Positions 7,885-16,390 are shown, counted from the stretch's first letter. The stretch: 32,000 nucleotides of DNA from Horticoccus luteus (GCF_019464535.1 NZ_CP080507.1:2370001-2402000), one strand, 5' to 3'. Translations and numbers: made by a program. The notes: generated by a model not told the origin, from the sequence alone.

Positions 7885-9811
7885 ACTTCGCTTCATTCAC
7901 AAATGGTCGTCGGAGCAGCACGCCACCACCAAAGGCTGGCTGTGGCGCTGGAGCCGGCGCGTCTACGAGAAAACCCCTGCTCACGCCCGCACGTCCGACC
8001 AGAGTGAAAATATCATCTTCATTCACACGCGCCGCCTCCTCGCGCTGCTCGCTCTCACTCTGGTCATGGCCTACGCCAGTCTGGCCGTCACCGCGTGGTG
8101 GTGGTTTCACCGGCGCTTGGGCGAAAACGTCACGCTCATTGATGCCGCCTGGCCTCCGCGTTGGGCCGGGTTGGTTCAAGCGCGCACGGATGCCTTGTTC
8201 ACGCAGGGGTTCACGGCCTTGCAGGAGCACCGTTTCGGCGACGCCGCGCGTCTGCTTGAGGCCGGGCTCCGCCGCGCGCCCGAACGCAACGATGCGCGAC
8301 TCGCCCTCGCGACCATCTTCGGCACGTTTCACGAATATGGCCGCGCCTTCGCGCAACTCGATCAGGCCTTCGCGCATCCGCCTGTTTCCTCCGCGCTGCT
8401 CGCCACCGCCTTCACCGTTTCGTTCACGGCGGAAGACTTTGTCCGCGCCCTCGCTTACGCCCAAAAAATTCTCGACGCCCAACCGCCCGCGAGCCCCGAC
8501 CTCACCCGCCTCGCGCGCCAAAACAAGATTCGCGCTTTGACCGCCCTCGGCCGGTCCGACGAAGCCGTCGCCGCAGCCGCTTTGCTCGCCGCGGAGCCCG
8601 ACCCGACCTCGCTGGTATGCCGCATCGACGCGTTGCGCAGCCACCGCCAGTTCGCCGCCGCGCTCGCTCTTGCCCACGCAGCGCAGACGCGTTTTCCCGC
8701 CCACCTCGCCGTGCTCGACATCGCTTGCCGCACGGCCCGCGACGCCTCCAATCCGGCCGAGCTCCGCTCATTTCTTGCCGCCGCCATTACGGCGCAACCC
8801 AACGTCCCCGCGCCCCGGCAAACTGCGGTGCTCGAATGGTGGCAAGCGGGCGACACCGCCCAGTCCCAATCCGCCCTGGACGCATTTCTCCTGCGCTTCG
8901 ATTCCGACCCCGACTTCGTTTACCGCCTCTCCACCGCCGCCACCGCCATCGGCGCGACAACGATCGTCGAACGCCTTTACCAACACGAAGCGGCACTCGG
9001 CCTTCCGACCAATCGGCTCGCCGCCAATCTGGTCGAAGCGCATATCATCAATGGCGACCTCGTCGGCCTGCGCCGCACACGCCCGTTGTTACCCGCCCTC
9101 GCGGCAACGAAAGATCCCGTCCTGCAACTCTGGCCTCCGCTCGTGCAGGCAATTTTCCAAGTCGTCGACGACGCTCCGCTCAGCTCCGGTCCGCCGCTGC
9201 AAAGCCTCGTCCGCCGGCTCGGCCTGGTGCCCACATCTTACACCCGCTTCATCGATCTTTTGCTCAACGCCCAGCGCCCCGCCGCCGCCTGTGCGCTGCT
9301 TGATCAGGCTCTCGCTGCGTATCCGACATCCGCCTCTCTGCAAAAGGTCGCGCCCGCCGCTCGGGCCGCGCTCGCTGCGGCGACGGCGGACCGCGATCGC
9401 GTTCCGGCGCCAAGCATCGCCCCCGTGCTCGATGCCCCGGAATTCTTCGCGCGTGGCGACGACTTGCTCAGCTCCGGCCAATTCACCGCCCTTGCCCGAC
9501 TCATCGCCGAGCAGCGTCGCGCCAATCCCGATTGGCTGGCCCAGCGCTCCGGCGACGTCGCCTGGCTGGAGCTGCGCCTCGCTCTCGCGACTCACGACGA
9601 ACTCGCCGCCCGCCGCCTCGGCCAGCTCTACCTCAACGGAGATCAAGAACGCCTCGAACGCGCCATCGCATTCGCCGCGCGATTGCCGGTCCGCGACGCG
9701 GCCGATCAACGCGCGTTGCTGACCGACGCCATTCTCCGCCACCACCCCGAAGCGCAGGCCCGCCTGATCGAGGCCGGCCTGATCAAGGTGCCGGTGCCAT
9801 CGGCGGAGTGA
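7877..9811 (+). CDS. Membrane-anchored TPR-like/Ala-Leu-rich helical repeat protein (hypothetical)
   Basis: An internal ATG of track ORF 7754..9811. The start overlaps the upstream stop (ATGACTGA, 8-nt overlap). It has one predicted TM helix (LLALLALTLVMAYASLAVTAWWWF) followed by about 540 aa of TPR-like repeats (e.g. FTALQEHRFGDAARLLEAGLRRAPERNDARLALATIF). Confidence 0.55.
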   Translation: MTELRFIHKWSSEQHATTKGWLWRWSRRVYEKTPAHARTSDQSENIIFIHTRRLLALLALTLVMAYASLAVTAWWWFHRRLGENVTLIDAAWPPRWAGLVQARTDALFTQGFTALQEHRFGDAARLLEAGLRRAPERNDARLALATIFGTFHEYGRAFAQLDQAFAHPPVSSALLATAFTVSFTAEDFVRALAYAQKILDAQPPASPDLTRLARQNKIRALTALGRSDEAVAAAALLAAEPDPTSLVCRIDALRSHRQFAAALALAHAAQTRFPAHLAVLDIACRTARDASNPAELRSFLAAAITAQPNVPAPRQTAVLEWWQAGDTAQSQSALDAFLLRFDSDPDFVYRLSTAATAIGATTIVERLYQHEAALGLPTNRLAANLVEAHIINGDLVGLRRTRPLLPALAATKDPVLQLWPPLVQAIFQVVDDAPLSSGPPLQSLVRRLGLVPTSYTRFIDLLLNAQRPAAACALLDQALAAYPTSASLQKVAPAARAALAAATADRDRVPAPSIAPVLDAPEFFARGDDLLSSGQFTALARLIAEQRRANPDWLAQRSGDVAWLELRLALATHDELAARRLGQLYLNGDQERLERAIAFAARLPVRDAADQRALLTDAILRHHPEAQARLIEAGLIKVPVPSAE

Positions 9812-9845
9812 CCGTCCGTTGACGCCGCGCGCTCCGCTCCCCGCG

Positions 9846-10505
9846 TTACTTGAGCGCCTGCACTGCTTCGCGCAATTGCACCGCGAAGCGTTTGAGCTTT
9901 TCCAAGTCTTTCACACCCGGCGCGGATTCGATCCCACTGTTCACGTCGACGAAACTGGCCTGCGTGGCACGCAGCGCCGCGCCGATGTTTTCCGGGCTCA
10001 GGCCACCGGATAACATCCAGAACTTTTCCGGATACGCCGCTTGGTGTCGCCCAAATTTCGCCCAGTCACTCGTGCGCCCCGATCCGCCGAAACCGTCGAC
10101 CTGAAAAGTATCGAGCAACCACCCTTTGGCGAACGGCAGCAAAGCCGCCGGCACGTCGAACTGGGGTGGCAGTTTCGGTGCCAGCCAGAGCCGCTCCGGC
10201 CCGACCAGCTTCGCCCACGCCGCGACTGTTTCGACCGGCACATCATGCCGGAAATGAATCTGAAAATAATCGAATCCCGCCGCGGTCATGGTGACCAGTT
10301 CGGCCGCGGACGGCTCTACGCAAACCGCCACTTTTCGCCGGTCAGGCAATCGTGCGCGCATCGCCGCATACTGCGCCAAGGTCACGAACCGCGGCGATTT
10401 CGGATACAGGTTGAAACCCAGGTAGTCCACGCCGCACGCATCCGCGTCCTCGGCGTCTACGAGCGACGTCAGCCCACAAACTTTCACTCGCACGCCGGCG
10501 ATCAT
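9846..10505 (-). CDS. trpF: Phosphoribosylanthranilate isomerase
   Basis: A 219-aa ORF with VKVCGLTSLVDAEDA...GVDYLGFNLYPKSPRFV...LSGGLSPENIGAAL...FVDVNSGIESAPGVKD, which is the typical TrpF signature. Confidence 0.9.
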   Translation of the reverse strand: MIAGVRVKVCGLTSLVDAEDADACGVDYLGFNLYPKSPRFVTLAQYAAMRARLPDRRKVAVCVEPSAAELVTMTAAGFDYFQIHFRHDVPVETVAAWAKLVGPERLWLAPKLPPQFDVPAALLPFAKGWLLDTFQVDGFGGSGRTSDWAKFGRHQAAYPEKFWMLSGGLSPENIGAALRATQASFVDVNSGIESAPGVKDLEKLKRFAVQLREAVQALK

Positions 10506-11659
10506 GATGCGCCTTCCTCCTCATCGCCGAGGCAGGTTTCCACAAGGCGCGCCGTTTTCACCCAAGGGTGATCAACCGGCACGATCCGCTTGATGCCGGC
10601 AACTTTCTTCAATGGCACCGGCACGCACTCCGCGCCCTTGATCCCCACCATGATGTTGTAGCGCCGCTCGGCGAGCAGTTCCCCCGCCTTCGTGCCGAGC
10701 CGCGTGCACAGCAAACGATCAAACGCCGTCGGCGTGCCGCCACGCTGCACATGGCCGAGTGCCGTCACGCGCGCTTCCACACCCGTCAACTGCTGCAATT
10801 GTCGCGCGAGCCGGCTCGCCACCGATTCCTGCACCAAGTGCACGCCTTCGAGTCCGCCCCCCGTGGCACCGCTGACAATCCGGGTCTCCTTCGCCGCGCG
10901 CCTCGCCATGCGATCCATCGCCGCGCGCGCTTTCGCCTCTTCCCGTGAAACAATTCCCTCCGCCACCGCGATGATCGAAAAACGCTTCCCGGCCCGCTGC
11001 CGGCGCCGGAGATGGCGCGCCACCGCTTGCAAATCGTAGGGAATCTCCGGAATCAAAATCACGTCCGCGCCTCCCGCGATACCCGACCCGAGGCACAGCC
11101 ACCCCGCCGAATGCCCCATGATTTCGCACACGATGATGCGTTGATGACTCGTCGCCGTCGTGTGCAGGCGGTCGATCGCTTCCGTGGCGACCGACATCGC
11201 CGAGTCGAATCCAAACGTGATGTCCGTTTCCGCCACGTCGTTATCGATCGTCTTGGGCAAGGTCAGCACATTGATCCCGCCGCGTTCATGCAGCCGATAC
11301 GCCGTCTTCTGCGTGCCGTTCCCGCCCAAGCACACGAGACAATCGAGTTTCAACTTCCGATAATTGCGCGCGACGACGTCCGTCAAGTCGGTCACCTGCC
11401 CATTGATTTCAATCTTATGCGGCTTGTCGCGACTGCTCCCGAGAAACGTCCCGCCCTGCGTGAGAATGCCGCTCACGTCCGCGTTCTCCAACGGCCGCGT
11501 GCGATTCTCGATCAAACCGCGAAAGCCGTCCTCAATCCCGACCACCTTCAACCCGTAATGCAGCGCCGCCTTCGCCACGCCGCGGATCACTGCGTTCAAC
11601 CCCGGGCAATCGCCCCCCGCCGTCAGAATCCCAATCGTGCCGGAAGGTTTGCGCAGCAT
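10502..11659 (-). CDS. pfkA: 6-phosphofructokinase (PfkA family; phosphoryl donor uncertain)
   Basis: Trimmed from track ORF 10502..11845 to the internal ATG at 11659 (MLRKPSGTIGILTAGGDCPGLNAVIRGV). It carries the motifs LPKTIDNDV, MGHSAGWL and LGHVQRGG. The stop overlaps the trpF start (ATGA). Confidence 0.88.
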   Translation of the reverse strand: MLRKPSGTIGILTAGGDCPGLNAVIRGVAKAALHYGLKVVGIEDGFRGLIENRTRPLENADVSGILTQGGTFLGSSRDKPHKIEINGQVTDLTDVVARNYRKLKLDCLVCLGGNGTQKTAYRLHERGGINVLTLPKTIDNDVAETDITFGFDSAMSVATEAIDRLHTTATSHQRIIVCEIMGHSAGWLCLGSGIAGGADVILIPEIPYDLQAVARHLRRRQRAGKRFSIIAVAEGIVSREEAKARAAMDRMARRAAKETRIVSGATGGGLEGVHLVQESVASRLARQLQQLTGVEARVTALGHVQRGGTPTAFDRLLCTRLGTKAGELLAERRYNIMVGIKGAECVPVPLKKVAGIKRIVPVDHPWVKTARLVETCLGDEEEGAS

Positions 11660-11703
11660 GAGCGGTGTGGCGGGTCGGATGGATGGGTGGTCGCAGGCGA
11701 CGG

Positions 11704-12798
11704 TCAGAACCCGTTCACCGCCGCGATCACGTGATCGACTTGCGCGTCCGTCAACTCCGGGAAAATCGGCAGACTCACACACGTCGCCGCCGCCGCTTCC
11801 GCCACAGGGAACGAGCCTGGGCCCTGACCGAGCGACGCGAAGCACCCCTGTCGATGCAACGGCACCGGATAGATCAAATCGGTGCCCACCTCCTGTTGGG
11901 CGAGATAGTCACGCAACGCGTCGCGCCGCGGGTGCCGAATCGTAAATTGGTGAAACACCGATTGTCCGTAATCCGGCTGATCCGGCAGCCGCACGTCCGC
12001 CAGACGAATCCCCTCCAGATAACGCTGCGCGATCGCCTGCCGCCGCGCCGTCCATCCCGCGAGATGCGGCAGCTTCACGTTGAGCAACGCACCCTGAAAT
12101 CCGTCCATGCGGAAATTTCCGCCCACGATGTCGTGATAATAGCGCCGGTCGGAGCCGTGCACACGGATGTGCCGCGCCTTCACCTGCGTCGCCTCATCGC
12201 GTGCAACAAACGCCCCGCCTTCGCCGCAGCCTCCGAGGTTTTTCGTCGGATAAAAACTAAACGTGCCGACATCGCCGAACAACCCCACCGGCTCGCCGCG
12301 ATATCGCGCCCCGACCGCCTGCGCGCAATCCTCGATGACGAACAGTCCGTGTCTCCGTGCGATCGCCATGATCTCGGCCATGCGCGCCGGCTGCCCGAAA
12401 AGATGGACGACAATAATCCCTTTCGTGCGCGGTGTGATCGCCGCCTCGATCTTCGCCGGGTCGAGGTTGAACGTGCCCTCCCCCACGTCCACGAAGCGCG
12501 GCGTCGCGCCCACATAGCTCACGCCCCACACCGTCGAGATGAACGTGAACGGCGGTGCGATCACCTCGTCGCCCGGTCCGAAACCGGCGATCATGCACGC
12601 CACGTGCAACGGCGAGGTGCCGCTGTTCATCCCCAGCACGCGGGGATAGCCGAGCGTCGCGCCAAAATTTTTCTCAAACTCCTCCACATCTTTGCCGAGG
12701 CAAAAGCGCGTGGCGTCGTAGGTCGCCGCGAGCGCCGCCAGCGCCTCAGTTCGCAAGGCGCGGTGTTGAAGCGAAAGATCGAGAAACGGCACTTTCAT
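11704..12798 (-). CDS. DegT/DnrJ/EryC1/StrS-family PLP-dependent (sugar) aminotransferase
   Basis: A 364-aa ORF with VPFLDL, GKDVEEFEKNF, NSGTSPLHVA, FSFYPTKNLG (PLP lysine region) and RMDGFQGALL. Confidence 0.88.
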   Translation of the reverse strand: MKVPFLDLSLQHRALRTEALAALAATYDATRFCLGKDVEEFEKNFGATLGYPRVLGMNSGTSPLHVACMIAGFGPGDEVIAPPFTFISTVWGVSYVGATPRFVDVGEGTFNLDPAKIEAAITPRTKGIIVVHLFGQPARMAEIMAIARRHGLFVIEDCAQAVGARYRGEPVGLFGDVGTFSFYPTKNLGGCGEGGAFVARDEATQVKARHIRVHGSDRRYYHDIVGGNFRMDGFQGALLNVKLPHLAGWTARRQAIAQRYLEGIRLADVRLPDQPDYGQSVFHQFTIRHPRRDALRDYLAQQEVGTDLIYPVPLHRQGCFASLGQGPGSFPVAEAAAATCVSLPIFPELTDAQVDHVIAAVNGF

Positions 12799-12821
12799 GG
12801 CTGGACCCCACGAAAAACACG

Positions 12822-12855
12822 AAACCCGCGAAAACCAAACTCGTTTCGCGGGTTT
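12822..12855 (-). terminator. Hairpin (possible partial terminator or RNA-stabilising element) between hemD and the aminotransferase gene
   Basis: AAACCCGCGAAA (12822-12833) pairs perfectly with TTTCGCGGGTTT (12844-12855) across a 10-nt loop. On the minus-strand RNA it is followed by CGUGUUUUUCG. It lies 14 nt after the hemD stop and 23 nt before the next ATG. Confidence 0.45.
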
Positions 12856-12868
12856 TCCTCCGACTCCG

Positions 12869-13657
12869 TCACTTCAATTTCCGCACCAACGCATCGACCA
12901 ACGCATCGAGCCCGGGTGATTTCGCCTCAAAATCAATCGGCATGCCCGCCTTCTTCATCGTTTCGCTCGTCAGCGGACCGATGCTTCCCGCCAAGGGCCG
13001 CTTCGCCTTCGGCGCCAGTTTCAACGCCCGCGCCTGGTCCACGAACGACTGCACGGCGGACGAACTCGCGAACAAAATGGCGTCAGCGCCGCGCGCCCGA
13101 AAATCCTCCGCCGCCGGGTCGCCGCTCAAATCCGTCTGCTCCGTCTTGTAAACTTGCAACTGGTCCACGATCGCGCGCGCCTCTTCGAGTTTCGTCACCA
13201 GCGTTTCCCGGTTCAAATTCCCCGTGATCACGAGCAACTTCGCGCTGTCCAAGCTGCCCGTTGCAATCAGCGCCTCCGCCAGAGCCTCGCCCGTCGCGAC
13301 CTCGGGCTGGCACTCGACCTTCAGATGGAACTCCTTCACCGCCCGCGCCGTCCCCTCGCCGACACACGCGAAACGCAGCAGGCCGAGTGAGCGGATATCG
13401 TCGAGAATCCGGAAGAACTCCTCGAAGAAAAACCGCACGCCGTTCGCACTCGTGAACACGATCCAGTCGTAGCTGCCCAGCTCGAGCATCACGTCCGCGA
13501 GCGTGTCTTTCGAAATTTCTTTCGAAACGCGGATCAACGGCAATTCGATCACCTCCGCTCCGCGATCGCGCAATTTCCCGGCCAGTTCAGAGGCCTGTTC
13601 CCGCGTCCGCGTCACCGCGACCCGTCGTCCCGCCAAAGTGAGTTTTTCGTCTGCCAT
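12869..13657 (-). CDS. hemD: Uroporphyrinogen-III synthase
   Basis: A 262-aa ORF with RRVAVTRTREQASELAGKLRDRGAEVIELPLI...DWIVFTSANGVRFF, which is the HemD pattern. It lies directly downstream of hemC. Confidence 0.85.
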   Translation of the reverse strand: MADEKLTLAGRRVAVTRTREQASELAGKLRDRGAEVIELPLIRVSKEISKDTLADVMLELGSYDWIVFTSANGVRFFFEEFFRILDDIRSLGLLRFACVGEGTARAVKEFHLKVECQPEVATGEALAEALIATGSLDSAKLLVITGNLNRETLVTKLEEARAIVDQLQVYKTEQTDLSGDPAAEDFRARGADAILFASSSAVQSFVDQARALKLAPKAKRPLAGSIGPLTSETMKKAGMPIDFEAKSPGLDALVDALVRKLK

Positions 13658-13708
13658 AAAAATTTAACCGCTCCGGACGCTCGCTCGACTGTCGCGCGCG
13701 CCGGCCTG

Positions 13709-14563
13709 CTACAGCAAGCCGAGCTCCTTCAAAATGCGGCTCGCCGCGCTCTCCGGACGCGCAAAATCCTCCGCGCTGAGCGACACGGTCCGCCTGCCCG
13801 TTTGCTCATGGTAAAGATACAGCACGTCTCCGCCCACATGCGCCGCAAACGCCGTATGGCAGCCCCCGCCCAGGGCGGCCTGCAATGCCCGTTCAACGGC
13901 CACCGCGCGCGCCGTCGTCTGATCAAAAACCGTCGCAAATCCCTCCGCCTCCGTGGCCCGGCATTGCACCCCGATCGCGCCCTGCCCGACGGCGGGCACC
14001 ATTTGATCGAGACGCAGCGGGCGAAACTCCACGCCTGGCCAGCTCGCGATACCCAGACGCGCCAACCCCGCCGCCGCCAGCACCGTGCCGTCAGCCACGC
14101 CGAGTTCGCCGATCTTCTTCAACCGCGTATCCACGTTGCCGCGAATCTCGGTGAACGCCACGCCGGGAAACAACTGCGCGCTTTGCAAGCGCCGCCGCGG
14201 GCTGCCCGTGGCCAATGTCCGCGGCTCGCGCACTCCCGTTCGCACCACGAGCACGTCGCGCGGATCCGCCCGCGGCAGATATCCCGCGATCGCCAGCCCC
14301 TCCGCCATGTCGCCCGGCAGGTCTTTGGTGCTGTGGACCGCCACATCCGCCTCGCCACGAAACAGCGCTCCTTCCAGTTCCCCCGTAAACAATCCCTTGC
14401 CTCCGCGCTGTTCCAGCGACCACTCCGCTTGTTTGTCGCCGGTGGTGACGATTTTCAGCAGCTCTGTCTCCACCCCGAGGGCCGTGCGCAAATGCGCCGC
14501 GACCAGCTCCGCCTGCGCGAGCGCGAGAGGACTCTTGCGAGTGGCGAGAACGAGTTTCGTCAT
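13709..14563 (-). CDS. hemC: Hydroxymethylbilane synthase (porphobilinogen deaminase)
   Basis: Trimmed from track ORF 13709..14674 (GTG start, reads through a hairpin) to the ATG at 14563 (MTKLVLATRKSPLALAQAELV). It has the motifs HSTKDLP, IRGNVDTRL and the cofactor Cys in GGGCHTAF. Confidence 0.9.
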   Translation of the reverse strand: MTKLVLATRKSPLALAQAELVAAHLRTALGVETELLKIVTTGDKQAEWSLEQRGGKGLFTGELEGALFRGEADVAVHSTKDLPGDMAEGLAIAGYLPRADPRDVLVVRTGVREPRTLATGSPRRRLQSAQLFPGVAFTEIRGNVDTRLKKIGELGVADGTVLAAAGLARLGIASWPGVEFRPLRLDQMVPAVGQGAIGVQCRATEAEGFATVFDQTTARAVAVERALQAALGGGCHTAFAAHVGGDVLYLYHEQTGRRTVSLSAEDFARPESAASRILKELGLL

Positions 14564-14596
14564 AAATAAAAAAGGCGCAGAATCATCTGCGCCTTT
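14564..14596 (-). terminator. Rho-independent terminator after ilvC
   Basis: AAAGGCGCAG (14571-14580) pairs with CTGCGCCTTT (14587-14596) across a 6-nt loop. On the minus-strand RNA the stem runs into UUUUUUAUUUAUG, and that AUG is the hemC start codon. Confidence 0.65.
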
Positions 14597-14625
14597 GCCT
14601 GCATTTAGCAAATTATCCCGCTGGC

Positions 14626-15654
14626 TCAGGCGTAGGCCGCCTGCACGCCCTTGAGATTCTTCTTCGTCATCCACGGCATCATGCTGCGGAGACGCTCACC
14701 AGTCTTCTCGATGGTGTGCTTTTCGCCCGCCGCGAGCAGCTTCTTGTAGTTCTTCAAGCCGCCTTTGTATTCCTTCACCCATTCCTGGGTGAACTTGCCG
14801 GTCTGAATCTCTTTCAGGATTTTCTTCATCTCGACCTTGGTCTGCTTGTTCACGACGCGCGGTCCGCGGGTGATGTCGCCATACTTCGCGGTCTCAGAAA
14901 TCGAGAAACGCATCCCGGCGATGCCGCTCTCATACATCAGATCGCAGATGAGCTTCAGCTCGTGGAGGCATTCGAAATACGCCATCTCCGGCTGGTAACC
15001 GGCCTCGACAAGCGTCTCGAAGCCTGCCTGCACCAGCGCGCTCGCGCCACCGCAGAGCACCGCCTGCTCGCCGAAAAGATCCGTCTCGGTCTCTTCCTTG
15101 AACGACGTCTGCAGCACGCCCGCGCGCGTCGAGCCGATGCCCTTCGCCCACGCCAGCGCGGTCTTCTTGGCCTTTTTCGACTTGTCCTGCGCGACGGCGA
15201 TCAGCGCCGGCATGCCTTTGCCTTCCACGTAGAGCCGCCGCACGATATGGCCCGGACCCTTCGGCGCGACCATGATGCAATCGATGTCCTTGTGCAGCTT
15301 GATCAAGCCGAAGTGGACGCTCAGCCCGTGGGAGAAGATCAACGTCTTGCCCTTCGTGAGATTCGGCAGGATGTCGTTCGTATAAACATCCGCCTGCTTC
15401 ATGTCAGGCAGGCCGACCATGATGACGTCCGCGCGGCGCACCGCTTCGGCGGTGTCGACCACCTCGAAACCGTGCTGTTCGGCGACGGTCTTCGACTTGC
15501 TGCCGGGATAGAGGCCGATGATGACCTTGCAACCGCTATCCTTGAGGTTGAGCGCATGGGCATGGCCCTGCGAACCGTAGCCGAGAACGGCGAGGGTCTT
15601 GTTTTGGAACACGCCGAGATCGGCGTCTTTGTCGGTGTAGACTTTGGCGGGCAT
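14626..15654 (-). CDS. ilvC: Ketol-acid reductoisomerase
   Basis: A 342-aa ORF with [21 protein letters not shown] (NADP-binding site), PKGPGHIVR and [11 protein letters not shown]. Confidence 0.95.
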   Translation of the reverse strand: MPAKVYTDKDADLGVFQNKTLAVLGYGSQGHAHALNLKDSGCKVIIGLYPGSKSKTVAEQHGFEVVDTAEAVRRADVIMVGLPDMKQADVYTNDILPNLTKGKTLIFSHGLSVHFGLIKLHKDIDCIMVAPKGPGHIVRRLYVEGKGMPALIAVAQDKSKKAKKTALAWAKGIGSTRAGVLQTSFKEETETDLFGEQAVLCGGASALVQAGFETLVEAGYQPEMAYFECLHELKLICDLMYESGIAGMRFSISETAKYGDITRGPRVVNKQTKVEMKKILKEIQTGKFTQEWVKEYKGGLKNYKKLLAAGEKHTIEKTGERLRSMMPWMTKKNLKGVQAAYA

Positions 15655-15707
15655 GATAAAATTACGGACAGGGTTAAGGAAGGAAGTGGAGGCGGCGCGC
15701 GTTTGTC

Positions 15708-16178
15708 TCAGCGCTTCAGCGCCAGCCGGCCGGTGCGGGCCAGTTCGAGAATGCCAAACGGCTCCAGCAGGCCGAGCAACGCGCTGACCTTCTCATCGTC
15801 GCCCGTCGCTTCCATGATGATCGAATCCATCGAGAGGTGCACGATCTTCGCGCGGAAAATGTCTTTGATCTGCAACAGCTCGGACCGCGTCTTCGCATCG
15901 GCCTTCACCCGCACGAGCACCAGCTCGCGTGCGACCGCCTGCCCGTCCTTGAAATCGACGACTTCGACCACGTTGACCAGCTTGCGCAGTTGCTTGATGC
16001 ACAGATCAAGCGAGCTGTCGTCGCCTTTCAGCACCGCGGTGATCCGCGAGAGCGAGGCATCGTGGGTGGGAGCGACGTTGAGCGAATCGATGTTGAAGCC
16101 GCGGCCGGAAAACATTCCGGACACGCGCGCCAGGACGCCGAACTTGTTCTCAACGAGAACTGAGATGGTGTGTCGCAT
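15708..16178 (-). CDS. ilvN: Acetolactate synthase small (regulatory) subunit
   Basis: A 156-aa [41 protein letters not shown] is an ACT domain typical of IlvN/IlvH. Confidence 0.92.
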   Translation of the reverse strand: MRHTISVLVENKFGVLARVSGMFSGRGFNIDSLNVAPTHDASLSRITAVLKGDDSSLDLCIKQLRKLVNVVEVVDFKDGQAVARELVLVRVKADAKTRSELLQIKDIFRAKIVHLSMDSIIMEATGDDEKVSALLGLLEPFGILELARTGRLALKR

Positions 16179-16205
16179 GAAAGTGAATTGTAAGGAAGAG
16201 AGCGT

Positions 16206-16282
16206 TGGTGGACGCCGAGGGACTCGAACCCCCGACCCCCTCGGTGTAAACGAGATGCTCTAACCAACTGAGCTAGGCGTCC
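16206..16282 (-). tRNA. tRNA-Val (anticodon UAC), CCA encoded
   Basis: The reverse complement is GGACGCC-TA-GCTC-AGTTGGTTA-GAGC-A-TCTCG-TTTACAC-CGAGG-GGGTC-GGGGG-TTCGAGT-CCCTC-GGCGTCC-A-CCA. This is a 77-nt cloverleaf with two G-U pairs and the anticodon loop TT-TAC-AC. Confidence 0.93.
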
Positions 16283-16390
16283 GACCCAAGGGCTGATTGA
16301 AGCGGCCGGGCCTCCGCTATGACAAGGAATTATTCCGACTATGACGTGTCCGCCGGCGCGCCCGGCGCCCCGCTCCCTCTCTGCCGCAGG

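Noticed and set aside
7544-8704. A 386-aa minus-strand ORF and other ORFs overlapping the TPR-like gene (8617..9303, 8670..9722, 9089..9745)
   Set aside because: They are low-complexity Arg/Gly/Pro-rich translations, antisense or out of frame with the 7877..9811 frame. The 7877..9811 frame has a TM helix, repeat structure and a coupled start.
11665-13227. A 520-aa plus-strand ORF
   Set aside because: It lies antisense to the DegT-type aminotransferase and hemD. Its composition is Arg/His/Pro-rich, and the opposite strand encodes clearly recognisable enzymes.
14716-16263. A 515-aa plus-strand ORF
   Set aside because: It lies antisense to ilvC and ilvN and even reads through the tRNA-Val gene. 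It shows no domain signature and is a high-GC artefact.
16206-16282. tRNA-Val as an integration hotspot flanking a genomic island
   Set aside because: There is no integrase, no direct repeat of the tRNA 3' end, no compositional shift and no mobile-element genes on either side. The flanking genes are core metabolism (asd, ilvN).
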